Shown in pieces: positions 9,005 to 18,847 of a stretch of DNA of 45,853 bases; position 1 is the stretch's first letter; each line of letters opens with the position of its first letter. The DNA comes from a virus (Duplodnaviria; Heunggongvirae; Uroviricota; Caudoviricetes). The stretch is from positions 1 through 45,853 of IMG/VR virus record IMGVR_UViG_3300014890_000015; one strand, given 5' to 3'. A model generated the notes under the pieces. The model saw only the letters and a program-made list of their open reading frames with translations, did not search any database and had not been told where the DNA came from. Made by a program: the position numbers and the translations under genes.

Positions 9005-11068
9005 TTACCCCGATATTTGTTGCATTCCGGCGAGTTGTGCCAGTATGTCGGAACCTGGTTTTTGTTGAACGTCGAGCCTGATTACCTGAGAAGTATTATT
9101 TGGTGAATATACGTTCCCCCGGTTCATTGCCAGCGCCCGCATCACATCATCGCCACTTACTGCACGAGCGGCGTCCCCATTTTCATGGTTAATAATGCCC
9201 TGAATTAGCTTTCTCATTATCTCAAAATTAGAACCATCGATTTTCTCCTTAACACCTAATCCGGTGTACTGAGAGAGATAGCTTTTATAGGACGATGTGT
9301 TATTTCCATCAGATGAAGGGGCATAAATATCAATAATCTGATCAATCGTATTTTTGCCGCGTTTCAGGTATAGCATTACCTGCCGATCTAAGGCAGCAAT
9401 GCCTTCCAGCATCGTCGGGAAGCTGGCAAAACGGGCATTTGGCCCCGATTCCAGGGTAGCCCCTTTTTGTCCTGCGAAATTAAGATTTCCGGGATTGTTA
9501 TTCCTGATCCCTCTGGATAAATATGCAGATCTGTTTACTTGATTTGAAAATCCCTGCAATCCTCCAGGCCAGACCTTACCCGGATTGTTTTTTTGCCACT
9601 CCTGCACTTCGTTAAAATAATCAAAGTTGAAACGCCCCTCCAGCCCTTTCATTTCCTCACTGGTGGTAGGTGTGTCATTTGTAGGAATAGCCAATCCAGC
9701 TACTGTTCCGGCTGTAGCCCCAAGAAGACTTCCACCAACAACACGGGCGGCAACTCCGGTCGTTGTGGCGGCCACAGCACCAACTCTCGATGGTCCAGCA
9801 AGTACTGCGGCCCCAAAAAGCCAGGGATGTTCAACCGCAAAACCAACAAACCCGCTAAGTGCCTTAACAACCTTTGCAACATTTTCGGCAAAATTATTCA
9901 GGTCGTTATTAAAATCCGGGCCATTTACATACTTACCAAGTTTATCCAGACCTGTTTCAACATCAGTCAAAATTCTTTTAAAGTTCTCACCGTTAAGGAA
10001 ATTTAGACCAGCATTCTTTACACCATTAGATATTCTAATTAACTGTACAGAGTTACCCGACATTGCCCCCTGAAATCCGCTGGTAAGTTGATCCCAGTTA
10101 TTTTCTAAGTTGCTGGTAAGATTCTGATACTGGCTTGTATGTCCAGAGGTGAGCAACGAGTCATTCTGAGAAGCTCGCGATAAAAACTCTTTGTTGAGTT
10201 CAGGTATTTTGTCCTGATATTTGACTAACTGGTTAGCAATACCAAAATTTACCCATCCAAGGCCACGCCCCCTGAGCATGCTCTGAGTAAGTCCGGTTCC
10301 CTCATACTCCTTTGCAAGAGCAGCAACTCTTTCTAACAATACAGGAAGATTTTCTGCTGCCCCTTTTTTAGGATTTATCCCTAATCCAATTAGCCCGTTG
10401 TAGGCAGGATGCTGAGTGTCATTTTGCGCGGCTGCCAGTGTATTGAGCAAATTACCAACACCGGAAAAATAAGGCGAATAAGTGCTTTCTGCCGCCTTTA
10501 ACTCTCCTGGCGTTGCCTGCAATTCATCAGCATTTTTCTGTTTCTCTACAACATTACGAGCCATCATGCCAAAGCCGAACGGCCCGGCAACGCCCATAAC
10601 CGCAAGTTTTGTCCCCCACGATACGGTGGTTTTAAACAGGTTGTTTAATCTCGAAGTGGTCGTCCGTAGCGTAGAATTGATCTGCTTGTAAGTTTTCAGC
10701 GTCTGTTTGGCGTTTTTACCCAGACTACTGAGATACTTATCAAACATCGTTTCGCCGCGACCTTTATAGTTGCTCACCAGCGAATCAGGTGTTTTTCCGC
10801 TACCGACAAAGCGCCCTTTTTCATCCCTTAAACGTCCATCGGTGGGCGCAGGTGAAGATGGTTTTCTGGGAGCCTGATTGGCTTCTCCGCCTGTGGTTAT
10901 CTGCCGGGCGCCACCTCCCTGACCTGTATTTGAAGGTATTTTAAGCGGTGTCCCGGCAGGGCCAATCATCAGTCCGTTGCGATACTTTTCAAATATCGCC
11001 TCAAGCCGCTTGAGGTGTTCTTCATTAACGTCCAGCGTCAGAACTGGCATCTGGTTACCAGCCATCAC
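9005..11068 (-). CDS. tail tape measure protein
   Basis: 687 aa, Gly/Ala-rich hydrophobic central segment; follows tail chaperone pair; start overlaps stop of frameshift frame. Confidence 0.5.
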   Translation of the reverse strand: MMAGNQMPVLTLDVNEEHLKRLEAIFEKYRNGLMIGPAGTPLKIPSNTGQGGGARQITTGGEANQAPRKPSSPAPTDGRLRDEKGRFVGSGKTPDSLVSNYKGRGETMFDKYLSSLGKNAKQTLKTYKQINSTLRTTTSRLNNLFKTTVSWGTKLAVMGVAGPFGFGMMARNVVEKQKNADELQATPGELKAAESTYSPYFSGVGNLLNTLAAAQNDTQHPAYNGLIGLGINPKKGAAENLPVLLERVAALAKEYEGTGLTQSMLRGRGLGWVNFGIANQLVKYQDKIPELNKEFLSRASQNDSLLTSGHTSQYQNLTSNLENNWDQLTSGFQGAMSGNSVQLIRISNGVKNAGLNFLNGENFKRILTDVETGLDKLGKYVNGPDFNNDLNNFAENVAKVVKALSGFVGFAVEHPWLFGAAVLAGPSRVGAVAATTTGVAARVVGGSLLGATAGTVAGLAIPTNDTPTTSEEMKGLEGRFNFDYFNEVQEWQKNNPGKVWPGGLQGFSNQVNRSAYLSRGIRNNNPGNLNFAGQKGATLESGPNARFASFPTMLEGIAALDRQVMLYLKRGKNTIDQIIDIYAPSSDGNNTSSYKSYLSQYTGLGVKEKIDGSNFEIMRKLIQGIINHENGDAARAVSGDDVMRALAMNRGNVYSPNNTSQVIRLDVQQKPGSDILAQLAGMQQISG

Positions 11069-11747
11069 AATACTCCTGCGGGATTTTTGAGTTTGAGCAG
11101 CTCACGAAACTGAGCTGCTGTTTTTACATTCAAACCGGAATCTGCACAGATGTCTCTGAATCCGGCTCCGGCTGAGTAGTCGAGGATGTCGCTGATGATG
11201 TGTTCACCGTCGCGCCAGAACTGGCGGCAGACTTCAATGTCGGCAAGGAAGCAATCCAGTCCGTAAGATTCAAGGATGAGTATTGAGTGCTCCAGATTCC
11301 ATTGACCACATCCAGAGTCCCTTTCGCCTGCTCCGGCGAATTTATTGACGAGACGCATGTAAAAAAAACGAGTTCACCCGCAACATCATCCAGCTCAACG
11401 ATTTCACGCTCCAGCGCCATATCAAGAGGGATTGTGTCGTAACCTTTGCCCTCCACCGGATAAACAAGGTTTGCCAGGCGAATTATTTCGTTCACCAGCG
11501 TATTACGAACTCCCTTATCATCGTCCCAGATACCGGAATCACGCGAGATCCGCTCCAGCATCAGAAAAGCAACGCGCGGCCCGGCAACGACGCCAAGACC
11601 TTCGGAGAAAATGGCAGAAAAAGTTTTACTCAGAATGAAGAAATGCTCTTTAAACACCTCTTTGCTGATCGGCGTGGCATGGATCCAGCCATTACCCTTT
11701 TCTGTCCGGACAGGAATAATCAGATTCAGATTTCGGGAGATTTTCAT
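11065..11747 (-). CDS. tail assembly chaperone frameshift product (GT-like; predicted -1 slip at T8 run 11361-11368)
   Basis: Slippery GTTTTTTTTAC on coding strand; -1 frame stays open and ends in TGA overlapping tape-measure ATG. Confidence 0.4.
11130..11747 (-). CDS. tail assembly chaperone (G-like, zero-frame product)
   Basis: ATG at 11747 overlaps tube stop (ATGA); located between tube and tape measure. Confidence 0.5.
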   Translation of the reverse strand: MKISRNLNLIIPVRTEKGNGWIHATPISKEVFKEHFFILSKTFSAIFSEGLGVVAGPRVAFLMLERISRDSGIWDDDKGVRNTLVNEIIRLANLVYPVEGKGYDTIPLDMALEREIVELDDVAGELVFFTCVSSINSPEQAKGTLDVVNGIWSTQYSSLNLTDWIASLPTLKSAASSGATVNTSSATSSTTQPEPDSETSVQIPV

Positions 11748-12187
11748 ACCAGATCCCACATTTCAGAGTTGATGTAATACGTACCGGTAATGGTGATGGC
11801 CACACCCGGCTCGCCCCCGGCGAAGGTCATATCCTGCACGTTGGTGATCGCCGTGTTATAGATATCGAAGTCACCGAATACCGTGCTGTCGCTATACACT
11901 TTTGCGTCGCCGATCGTGGCGTTTTTTTCCCATTGCGCCTTGAATTGTTTTCCCAGCGCCTGGCTACGCAGCAGATGAACACGCGCCTGTAAAATCATGT
12001 ATGGCTGCGGCGACTGCACGGCTCCCGTCATAGCGGGTAAAAACTCCGTGATATTGCCCTGAAAGGACAATTCGACGCCTTCTTTTGCCAGAAATGAGGC
12101 GGACACATTCAGTTCGGAATGAGAGGTGAATTTAACGCTGGCGCGAACCCGGTTAAGGGTGCCAACGGGGATCATTGGATTAGGCAC
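11744..12187 (-). CDS. tail tube protein
   Basis: 147 aa directly after sheath gene; GTG start with GAGGGA RBS. Confidence 0.5.
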   Translation of the reverse strand: MPNPMIPVGTLNRVRASVKFTSHSELNVSASFLAKEGVELSFQGNITEFLPAMTGAVQSPQPYMILQARVHLLRSQALGKQFKAQWEKNATIGDAKVYSDSTVFGDFDIYNTAITNVQDMTFAGGEPGVAITITGTYYINSEMWDLV

Positions 12188-12198
12188 GGTTCAGTCCC

Positions 12199-13536
12199 TC
12201 ACGAAAGCTGCATTGTCACATTGATGTTAAAAATGATTTCGACAAATCCGCGCATCGGCGTATAGGAGGCCGAAAGGCCCGCATAACGCCCGATACCGTA
12301 ATCATTCGGATTAGTGTTGATATACTGGCGGAAAGGCACTGCATCGACGACAGGCTGACCGTTGACCAGGCCGTAAGATACGCCCGTATTGAACACCGCC
12401 TGTGCGACCTGCTGTAGACGGTCGATCCCGTCCTGGTTGTAGTAAAGCGGGTTAATTGGGTTATTGCTACCGTTGATCACCGTGTTGGCGAGCTGCATAT
12501 CGACGTTAATCTGCACCCAGTCCACGGAATACCAGTACGTCATATCGTTACCGTCACTGGTAACGCCTTTCACCAGAATCGTGTTGGAAATTCCCCCCTC
12601 AGCCCCCGTGTCGACGTAGTTAATATTCTGCTTTGTCATCGTGACCAGAATTGAATTTTTGCCCTTGTGGGCGTTTACCGCCTGTAGATAGCGAAATGCC
12701 ATCGGCGGCACCTTGTTGATTTCTGAAGGTGATGCGGAAACATAGTTCCACATTACGGCTGCTGCCGCGTTTGTCGCCGGGTACGTATCATCCGCCGTTG
12801 CAATAACCGACTTAATACCGGCATAAGGCGAAACGTAATTCGTGTCGTCCGGCGTTTTCGTCAGCACGAAAAAATACTGCATCGCTTCGTTTGCGGTGTG
12901 GAGTTTTGCCAGACTGATAAACTCTGCGTCACCATCCCACGGCTGCGGCACCAGATACGCATAAAAACGCAGGAGCGGATCTTCCATATAAGCTTTCAGT
13001 GCAGCGATTTCCTTACTGACTCCGCCTTTCTGTGCTCCCAGCTCCAGCAGGTAAATCCCCACTGAATTTCCCTGGGCAAAAAACGTGTTTACTGCCGTCA
13101 CCAGATTTTCACTGCCAACAATGGAAAACTGCCCCAGTGTCACTGGCGAACCGGAAAGCTGAGAATCAGCAATCGTCCAGGTCAGTGTTTTTTCATCCGT
13201 GACGGTAGCAGTATATTCGCCATTCCACGCGTCGGGCGAACACCCGGAAACAACAATTTTCACCTCAGAACTGTTTTCGCGTCGGATGTTGCTCCCTTCC
13301 GGAAGCGTCATCGTAACGGTGACGTTTGCCGCAGATTTTCCTGCGGCAGCCGCCGACAACGCAGCAATCGGATTTCTTACCAGATCGTTAATATCCTGAT
13401 TACGGGTGAGTAATACAGGCTTTCCCGACTCATGAGTCGTGGAGCCAAACGAGAGAACCGCAGACATCTGCTGCAAATTCGAGGGAATGGCCCCGATGGT
13501 CTGGGACACATTCACCGTGACGATATTAAACCCCAT
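12199..13536 (-). CDS. tail sheath protein
   Basis: 445 aa, typical size and position ahead of tube gene. Confidence 0.55.
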   Translation of the reverse strand: MGFNIVTVNVSQTIGAIPSNLQQMSAVLSFGSTTHESGKPVLLTRNQDINDLVRNPIAALSAAAAGKSAANVTVTMTLPEGSNIRRENSSEVKIVVSGCSPDAWNGEYTATVTDEKTLTWTIADSQLSGSPVTLGQFSIVGSENLVTAVNTFFAQGNSVGIYLLELGAQKGGVSKEIAALKAYMEDPLLRFYAYLVPQPWDGDAEFISLAKLHTANEAMQYFFVLTKTPDDTNYVSPYAGIKSVIATADDTYPATNAAAAVMWNYVSASPSEINKVPPMAFRYLQAVNAHKGKNSILVTMTKQNINYVDTGAEGGISNTILVKGVTSDGNDMTYWYSVDWVQINVDMQLANTVINGSNNPINPLYYNQDGIDRLQQVAQAVFNTGVSYGLVNGQPVVDAVPFRQYINTNPNDYGIGRYAGLSASYTPMRGFVEIIFNINVTMQLS

Positions 13537-14480
13537 TATTTAACCTCATATTTACAAATAACTTTTTCAATCAACTGCCGGGATATTTTCCGGGCGGTGC
13601 TCTGGTAGTAATTCACGTCAAAATCGACAATCTTTTTCTTCGCCAGAGCGTTGATTTCAACCTGTCCCGACTTTGCGTCCTGAACCACCGGAATATTGGT
13701 TACACCAAACTTTTCCTCCTCCAGCGCCCTGTTCACCACCGAGTCGACAAGATCCAGCGCCATTTTGTTGCTGAATCCGTAAAGCGTCAGGCGAACCGAA
13801 TCCTGGACGAGCTGAAACCGCTCACCGCCGAAAACAACGGGAGCCACCTGCAATGGAATACTGTTGCGAACATCCACCGCGATATACGGTGGGCGAAGGT
13901 TCTGCGGTACCAGGTAAGACGGATACACGGTCGCGGCATCTTTCATTTGCAGCCAGATCGGGATGCTGTTGGAGATGATCTGCTCGTCGCTGATATCCTC
14001 CTCGCAGTCGATAATCTGGGAACGCATGGTTGGCAAAATCGCCATGCCGCGATAATGAAAAATACCCGACTGCTGATAACGGCTCTCCATTCGTGAAAAA
14101 GCGAACTGGACGCCTCCGTACTCACCGAGATAGATCGCATCGGGATTTTCCACATTAAAATCATCAACCTGCTGAACAGGCGTGAAAATAATGTTGTTCA
14201 CATCCTTCGAGACAGACTCGTCCTGAATCGCAATAACCTGACGATGCAGGCTGCCTTTGATTTTCAGACGAGTTGGTGACTCAATATTCAGGCGACACAG
14301 TTCATCGCAACTGATGATTTCCGCATAAACCCAATAGACAAAGCCATCCAGCGGCAGAACCTGCCGGACATAGAGCCTGAACGTGATTTCCTGGTCTGAC
14401 GAGATGGTTTCAACTGCGGATTTAAGAACGGACGAGAGCTGCGAACTGTGCTGTTCGGCTAATTCCTCAAGACTCGGCAT
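13536..14480 (-). CDS. hypothetical neck/tail-completion protein (314 aa)
   Basis: Coupled ORF between head-completion genes and sheath. Confidence 0.35.
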   Translation of the reverse strand: MPSLEELAEQHSSQLSSVLKSAVETISSDQEITFRLYVRQVLPLDGFVYWVYAEIISCDELCRLNIESPTRLKIKGSLHRQVIAIQDESVSKDVNNIIFTPVQQVDDFNVENPDAIYLGEYGGVQFAFSRMESRYQQSGIFHYRGMAILPTMRSQIIDCEEDISDEQIISNSIPIWLQMKDAATVYPSYLVPQNLRPPYIAVDVRNSIPLQVAPVVFGGERFQLVQDSVRLTLYGFSNKMALDLVDSVVNRALEEEKFGVTNIPVVQDAKSGQVEINALAKKKIVDFDVNYYQSTARKISRQLIEKVICKYEVK

Positions 14481-14907
14481 TATTATCTATCCACGCTATA
14501 AAGCTGCCCTTAAACAGGCCGCCGTCTATGAATGACGGACGCCGCTCTCCGGTATATTTGTCCTTAAGCCTGGAGTTAACGCCCAGTAGCGCGGCCTGAG
14601 TTGGCACAGGGTTTCCGTTAATCGTCATCCCGGCCATTTCTTCAGTTTCAAGAAAAATATGGAAAATCTTCCCGGTCCCTTCCAGAAAATGCTCGCCAGG
14701 TAGTGGAGCCTTATACTTGAAGTGATTGACCAACTGGTACGCCAGTTCAGTACCTGCCTCCTGGATAATCTCGTCCTTATGCATTTCCCAGAAGTGCGTA
14801 AAAATTTCGTATCGCTCCTCGAGGTCACAGGCCACGTCAAACGTGGTTTTTCCCGGTTCGTCGCCGTAGTCATACGGCTGGTCGATAACCCCAAAACAAA
14901 GTTTCAT
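14467..14907 (-). CDS. hypothetical head-tail joining protein
   Basis: ATG 14907 forms ATGA overlap with upstream stop. Confidence 0.35.
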   Translation of the reverse strand: MKLCFGVIDQPYDYGDEPGKTTFDVACDLEERYEIFTHFWEMHKDEIIQEAGTELAYQLVNHFKYKAPLPGEHFLEGTGKIFHIFLETEEMAGMTINGNPVPTQAALLGVNSRLKDKYTGERRPSFIDGGLFKGSFIAWIDNNAES

Positions 14908-15344
14908 GGCGTGTAACCCCATACCGTGCCCATCTGCATCAGCACCGCAACAACCTGTCGTCCATACGGATCCTGTAACATCTGCAAATCCAGCAAAGAC
15001 AGATTACTCAGCGCGTCGCTGATGGTGATCGAACCAGATGTCCCCTGGTCTGCTGCCGCGCTGACAAGCCCGGTAGCCAGTTTCCCAAGGTTGAGTTTTT
15101 TTCTCAGGTCGGCAAACCACGAGCCGGGAGCGAAATTCAGGAGAAATGAGGCGGCAGCGTTATAAACCGTTCGCACATAGATGATGGGTAAACGCTCCAG
15201 CCCCTGATCGTGAGGGATTAGCTCCATCGCAGACTGAAAGCAACATTCCAGCGTCGGATCATCGTCAGCAATAGCGTGAACCGGTACTTTCATGTCGTCA
15301 CGAACAAAGCGAATAAATCCCTCCAGTGACGGACGCAAGGTCAT
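14904..15344 (-). CDS. hypothetical head-tail joining protein
   Basis: 146 aa coupled ORF. Confidence 0.35.
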   Translation of the reverse strand: MTLRPSLEGFIRFVRDDMKVPVHAIADDDPTLECCFQSAMELIPHDQGLERLPIIYVRTVYNAAASFLLNFAPGSWFADLRKKLNLGKLATGLVSAAADQGTSGSITISDALSNLSLLDLQMLQDPYGRQVVAVLMQMGTVWGYTP

Positions 15345-15814
15345 TATTTTTTAACCTTAATATTTCGCTTTGTGCTGGGCGGATTTTCCTGTTCAGTGTT
15401 AATCGCTTCCCCGGTGATTTCCATTTCAATACCACCCGGTTGAGGTTTTTCGCCACTTTGAATCACTGCCTGATCCACTGCGTTATTCAGCGATACGGCG
15501 CTGGCTGCAAGAATTTCTTCTGACAGGGATTCCAGATTTTCCGTTTTCTGCTCCGCGCAATCCTCAATGCGACCGACGCTCACAGGTTTATCGATGGAAT
15601 AGCAGATACCGGAAAAATTCTTGTCCACCTTGTCACAACGCTGGAATCCGTAAGGCTCATGCTGTCGGATGATGTGGTCGATAATATCGGACTGATTTTC
15701 GATCATATGCTGACGTCCGGACGGAATTGTCACACCGAACGACTGCGTTTTTTCGGGGAGTTTGTAGTTGAACGTGTGCGGCTGACGTGAGCAGTTAGCG
15801 ATGTAGAGCTTCAT
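15344..15814 (-). CDS. hypothetical head-completion protein
   Basis: Start placed at ATG 15814 just after the post-capsid terminator hairpin; the longer ORF would run through that hairpin. Confidence 0.35.
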   Translation of the reverse strand: MKLYIANCSRQPHTFNYKLPEKTQSFGVTIPSGRQHMIENQSDIIDHIIRQHEPYGFQRCDKVDKNFSGICYSIDKPVSVGRIEDCAEQKTENLESLSEEILAASAVSLNNAVDQAVIQSGEKPQPGGIEMEITGEAINTEQENPPSTKRNIKVKK

Positions 15815-15826
15815 AAATTTTTCCCA

Positions 15827-15852
15827 CAAAAAAGGGGAGCATTTAGCTCCCC
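15827..15852 (-). terminator. rho-independent terminator downstream of major capsid gene
   Basis: GGGGAGC-TAAAT-GCTCCCC stem-loop followed by T6 on the coding strand. Confidence 0.5.
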
Positions 15853-15871
15853 GCATTATCAGATTGAACGT

Positions 15872-16900
15872 TTATGCGTATTTGGCAGACAACAGGGTGA
15901 TCCCCTCAGGGCGGAAGTTCCAGCCCGGCGTCGCGCGCATGGTATACAACGTGGTCAGGCCGCCATCCGGCATAGGGGACGGAATTTCCGTCGGCGCTGC
16001 CATATCACAGAACATCACGTTGACGGCCTGCTGGTTAGGTACCAGCGTGGAGAAAATATTGGTGTTAATGGTGTGACGCGCTTCCGGAACCTCAATCGTC
16101 GGGTTCGTAACGATGATCAGGTCATTACCACCAGCGCCTTTACCGATCAGCGTGTCGTCCTGGCAGAAAATGATGTCGTCGCCTGTCGCCTTATCGGCGA
16201 CTTCTTTAACCATCGTTCCCACCGTTCCGGTACCACCACCAGGACGCTGGTAACTGGTCAGCTCAACAATTCCTGTCCACTCCAGCGCCTTCATGAATCG
16301 CTGTGGGCTCAGAATAACAGTCGTTAATGGCTGCCCCAGCAGCAACATGCGGGTTTTCTGGTCAGCAATCAGGCCAAGCATAAATTTAGCCATCTCACCG
16401 GAATCCCAAGTGGTATATGAATCATTCCCTTTGCTGTCGTTGCCCAGATTCAGCGTCACTGCGTTCGGGGAGTTGGTGATCCCCTCGTTATTAGCTGCAT
16501 TCACGCCATGCAGCAGCATATTACGCAACATTTGAGCGTGTCCCTGACGGTTAGCCAGGCGCAGGCCTTCAATCAGAGAATAGCCCCAGCGATCTGCTGC
16601 ATCAGTATCGAGATAGCTGTATTGCGAGCGGGAAGAAATTCGGTAAGTCATCATTCCGTCATAGCCGCCAGAGATACTGGAAGACGGTAACTGACCCGGC
16701 AGAGACTGGCTGACCTGCGCCTGCGAGGTCATGCGCAGATATTTCTGATAGACCATCAAATCACTGGAACTGATTTTTACCGCTGGAGCACCACCAGCCA
16801 GGACTTCAAACGCCCCGGAAGCCATGCTCTGTTGCACGATCATTTCCGGCAGCACCATTGACGGCGACACAATAGTAGTCGCAGGAGTAAATGCGCTCAT
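15872..16900 (-). CDS. major capsid protein
   Basis: 342 aa, GGGGA RBS, followed by terminator; position after scaffold/protease genes. Confidence 0.55.
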   Translation of the reverse strand: MSAFTPATTIVSPSMVLPEMIVQQSMASGAFEVLAGGAPAVKISSSDLMVYQKYLRMTSQAQVSQSLPGQLPSSSISGGYDGMMTYRISSRSQYSYLDTDAADRWGYSLIEGLRLANRQGHAQMLRNMLLHGVNAANNEGITNSPNAVTLNLGNDSKGNDSYTTWDSGEMAKFMLGLIADQKTRMLLLGQPLTTVILSPQRFMKALEWTGIVELTSYQRPGGGTGTVGTMVKEVADKATGDDIIFCQDDTLIGKGAGGNDLIIVTNPTIEVPEARHTINTNIFSTLVPNQQAVNVMFCDMAAPTEIPSPMPDGGLTTLYTMRATPGWNFRPEGITLLSAKYA

Positions 16901-16914
16901 TAATTAATATCCCC

Positions 16915-17532
16915 TTAAATTAAAAACAGGCCGCACGGTTTGCCGATTTCCCAGACAACGTTACCGCCATCCTCTTTTTTCACCGTCAGGTTTCCGTCAA
17001 CTGAAACCATCAGCAGCTTAATATCCACTTTCGGATTAGCGCCGGGTGATCCCGAATAAACATCAACCATGTTTTTCGTCGGATCCCACACAAAACCACT
17101 GGCAGCAACGGTGTTATTTCCATCAGCCAGCGCAACAACTTCTGCACTGACAGGGAGAGGAATGCGGGCACCTGAGCCAACGCGGTAATAGTGAACAAAG
17201 CCACCCGCGAGATATAACGGCACCGGATTATCCGGCGTGGTAATGCCATGAAATGCCTGATTAAAGACAGTAAAGGCGTTACAGGCGTCATTCGTGGCTT
17301 GTTTAATTACCGCACCGTTAACGCTGTCTTTCGCGGGAGCAATGCACTCCATAACTCCAACGCCACCCCATACCGGTTCAGTGATTTTGCTGTCCAGCCG
17401 ACCGGAGCAAAGTTGCAGACGAATTGCCGGATCATCCTGCGCATCCCCCTGCATCAGCCCACGGGATTCGACGTTAAAAAGGCCACCAAATGCTCCACGG
17501 TTTTTAAACGGATGAAAGTTAATATCAGCCAT
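16915..17532 (-). CDS. head protein (decoration or scaffold-associated)
   Basis: 205 aa between protease/scaffold and capsid genes. Confidence 0.35.
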   Translation of the reverse strand: MADINFHPFKNRGAFGGLFNVESRGLMQGDAQDDPAIRLQLCSGRLDSKITEPVWGGVGVMECIAPAKDSVNGAVIKQATNDACNAFTVFNQAFHGITTPDNPVPLYLAGGFVHYYRVGSGARIPLPVSAEVVALADGNNTVAASGFVWDPTKNMVDVYSGSPGANPKVDIKLLMVSVDGNLTVKKEDGGNVVWEIGKPCGLFLI

Positions 17533-18847
17533 TGTTCAGGCTCCCTTGAGTGTTAATTTTTGCCAGCCGACGCCCCGGAATTTTGAAAGCACTCAGCCAG
17601 ACGTTCGGATCGCCCTGATATTCAGTAATGCGACGTCCGGCTTCATCGTTGCGGATACGTTTATGCAGTTGCCCCTGCGTACTCATCATTTCTTTTTCGA
17701 TGGACTGACGGGCGGCACTGAAAATTGCGTCCTCAAGCACAGCCAGCGTTGCAGAATCCGCAATCGCGCGAATATTGACGTCCTTATGTGCCGGAGAGTG
17801 TTTCTGCATAGCGATTAGCGCACGCTTGCGGTAGTCCAGCGCATTTTCACCAGAAAACGGTGCTGGCGCGTTTTTACCGCAGGCACTGAATGCGGAGTCG
17901 GCTTTTGCCTGTGCTTCTGCCAGGGCTGAGTCATTGCGTTCTTTTTCTGCCTCCTCGTCGGCCTTACGCTGTTCTTCTGCTTCGGAATCAGCCTTTGCTT
18001 TCTCCTCAGCATCTTTGGCTGCAGCCTCGTCAGCTTTGGCTTTTTCTTCCGCCTCCTTTGCCGCAGCTTCATCAGCTTTACGCTGTTCCTCTGCGGCTTC
18101 ATCGGCTTTGGCCTTTTCTTCGGCCTCTTTTTTCGCCTGCTCTTCGGCATCCGCCCGCGCTTTGTCCCGCTGTTCCAGTGAGTCCATGCGCGTGACTACT
18201 CCATCGATTTTCTGATTAATGCCGCTCAGGGCATCGTTCACCACCCCCTGTAACAGGGCCTGGAGTTCTTCTTTTTCCATCTCAATTTCACCTGTATTTG
18301 TCACTTCAACCCCTGCGGGGATCCGGTCTTTATCCCACACGCCCAGCGAGCCGTGGGCTTTCGTCACCAGGGCGATGTGATCAACAAGGAAAGGAACGCC
18401 TTCGATTAAAAAATTGGTGTCACCTTCCTGTACTTCCACATTTCCTGATGTGCTGTTGAACACCACCGACGGGCTTGTCGAAACATCCCCCTCAGTGATT
18501 TCTTCAACAATGCTCTGGAGGTAAACGCGGCACACCGCCCATACCTCATCACCCCGGATATACGGCAGCATGACGCTACCGACGATCCGCGATTTAAAGT
18601 CCTCCTCCGTCAGAACTGCGTCGTCAGGATGGTTTGCGATAACCGGAAGGCCATAGCATCGCCTTAAAAACTCCTCGTTCAGATAGAGCTTTGGATCACG
18701 CCAGACGTGCTCTTTCAGCCCGGCGCGATAGGCAAGCCCGGTTCCGGTTATTCGCAAATTCACCAGCCACATGTTGGAGAATTTCACCGGAGACGGTACG
18801 GTTCCGTCCCTGATGCGTTCTGCCACTTCAAGCTCGGTTAAACTCAC
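17525..18847 (-). CDS. prohead protease/scaffolding protein with Ala/Glu/Lys-rich coiled-coil repeat
   Basis: 440 aa; central AEEKAKADEAA repeats; Mu gpI/Z-like position. Confidence 0.45.
   Translation of the reverse strand: MSLTELEVAERIRDGTVPSPVKFSNMWLVNLRITGTGLAYRAGLKEHVWRDPKLYLNEEFLRRCYGLPVIANHPDDAVLTEEDFKSRIVGSVMLPYIRGDEVWAVCRVYLQSIVEEITEGDVSTSPSVVFNSTSGNVEVQEGDTNFLIEGVPFLVDHIALVTKAHGSLGVWDKDRIPAGVEVTNTGEIEMEKEELQALLQGVVNDALSGINQKIDGVVTRMDSLEQRDKARADAEEQAKKEAEEKAKADEAAEEQRKADEAAAKEAEEKAKADEAAAKDAEEKAKADSEAEEQRKADEEAEKERNDSALAEAQAKADSAFSACGKNAPAPFSGENALDYRKRALIAMQKHSPAHKDVNIRAIADSATLAVLEDAIFSAARQSIEKEMMSTQGQLHKRIRNDEAGRRITEYQGDPNVWLSAFKIPGRRLAKINTQGSLNNG
17930..18180. repeat. in-frame tandem nucleotide repeats encoding the A/E/K-rich segment
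   Basis: Repeated gcttt(g/t)gc(c/t)ttttcttc(g/c)gc units visible across ~250 bp. Confidence 0.5.

Noticed and set aside
17890-18215. Plus-strand ORFs of 93-101 aa over the scaffold gene
   Set aside because: They are the antisense reading of the A/E/K tandem repeat array, which is open in several frames by construction.
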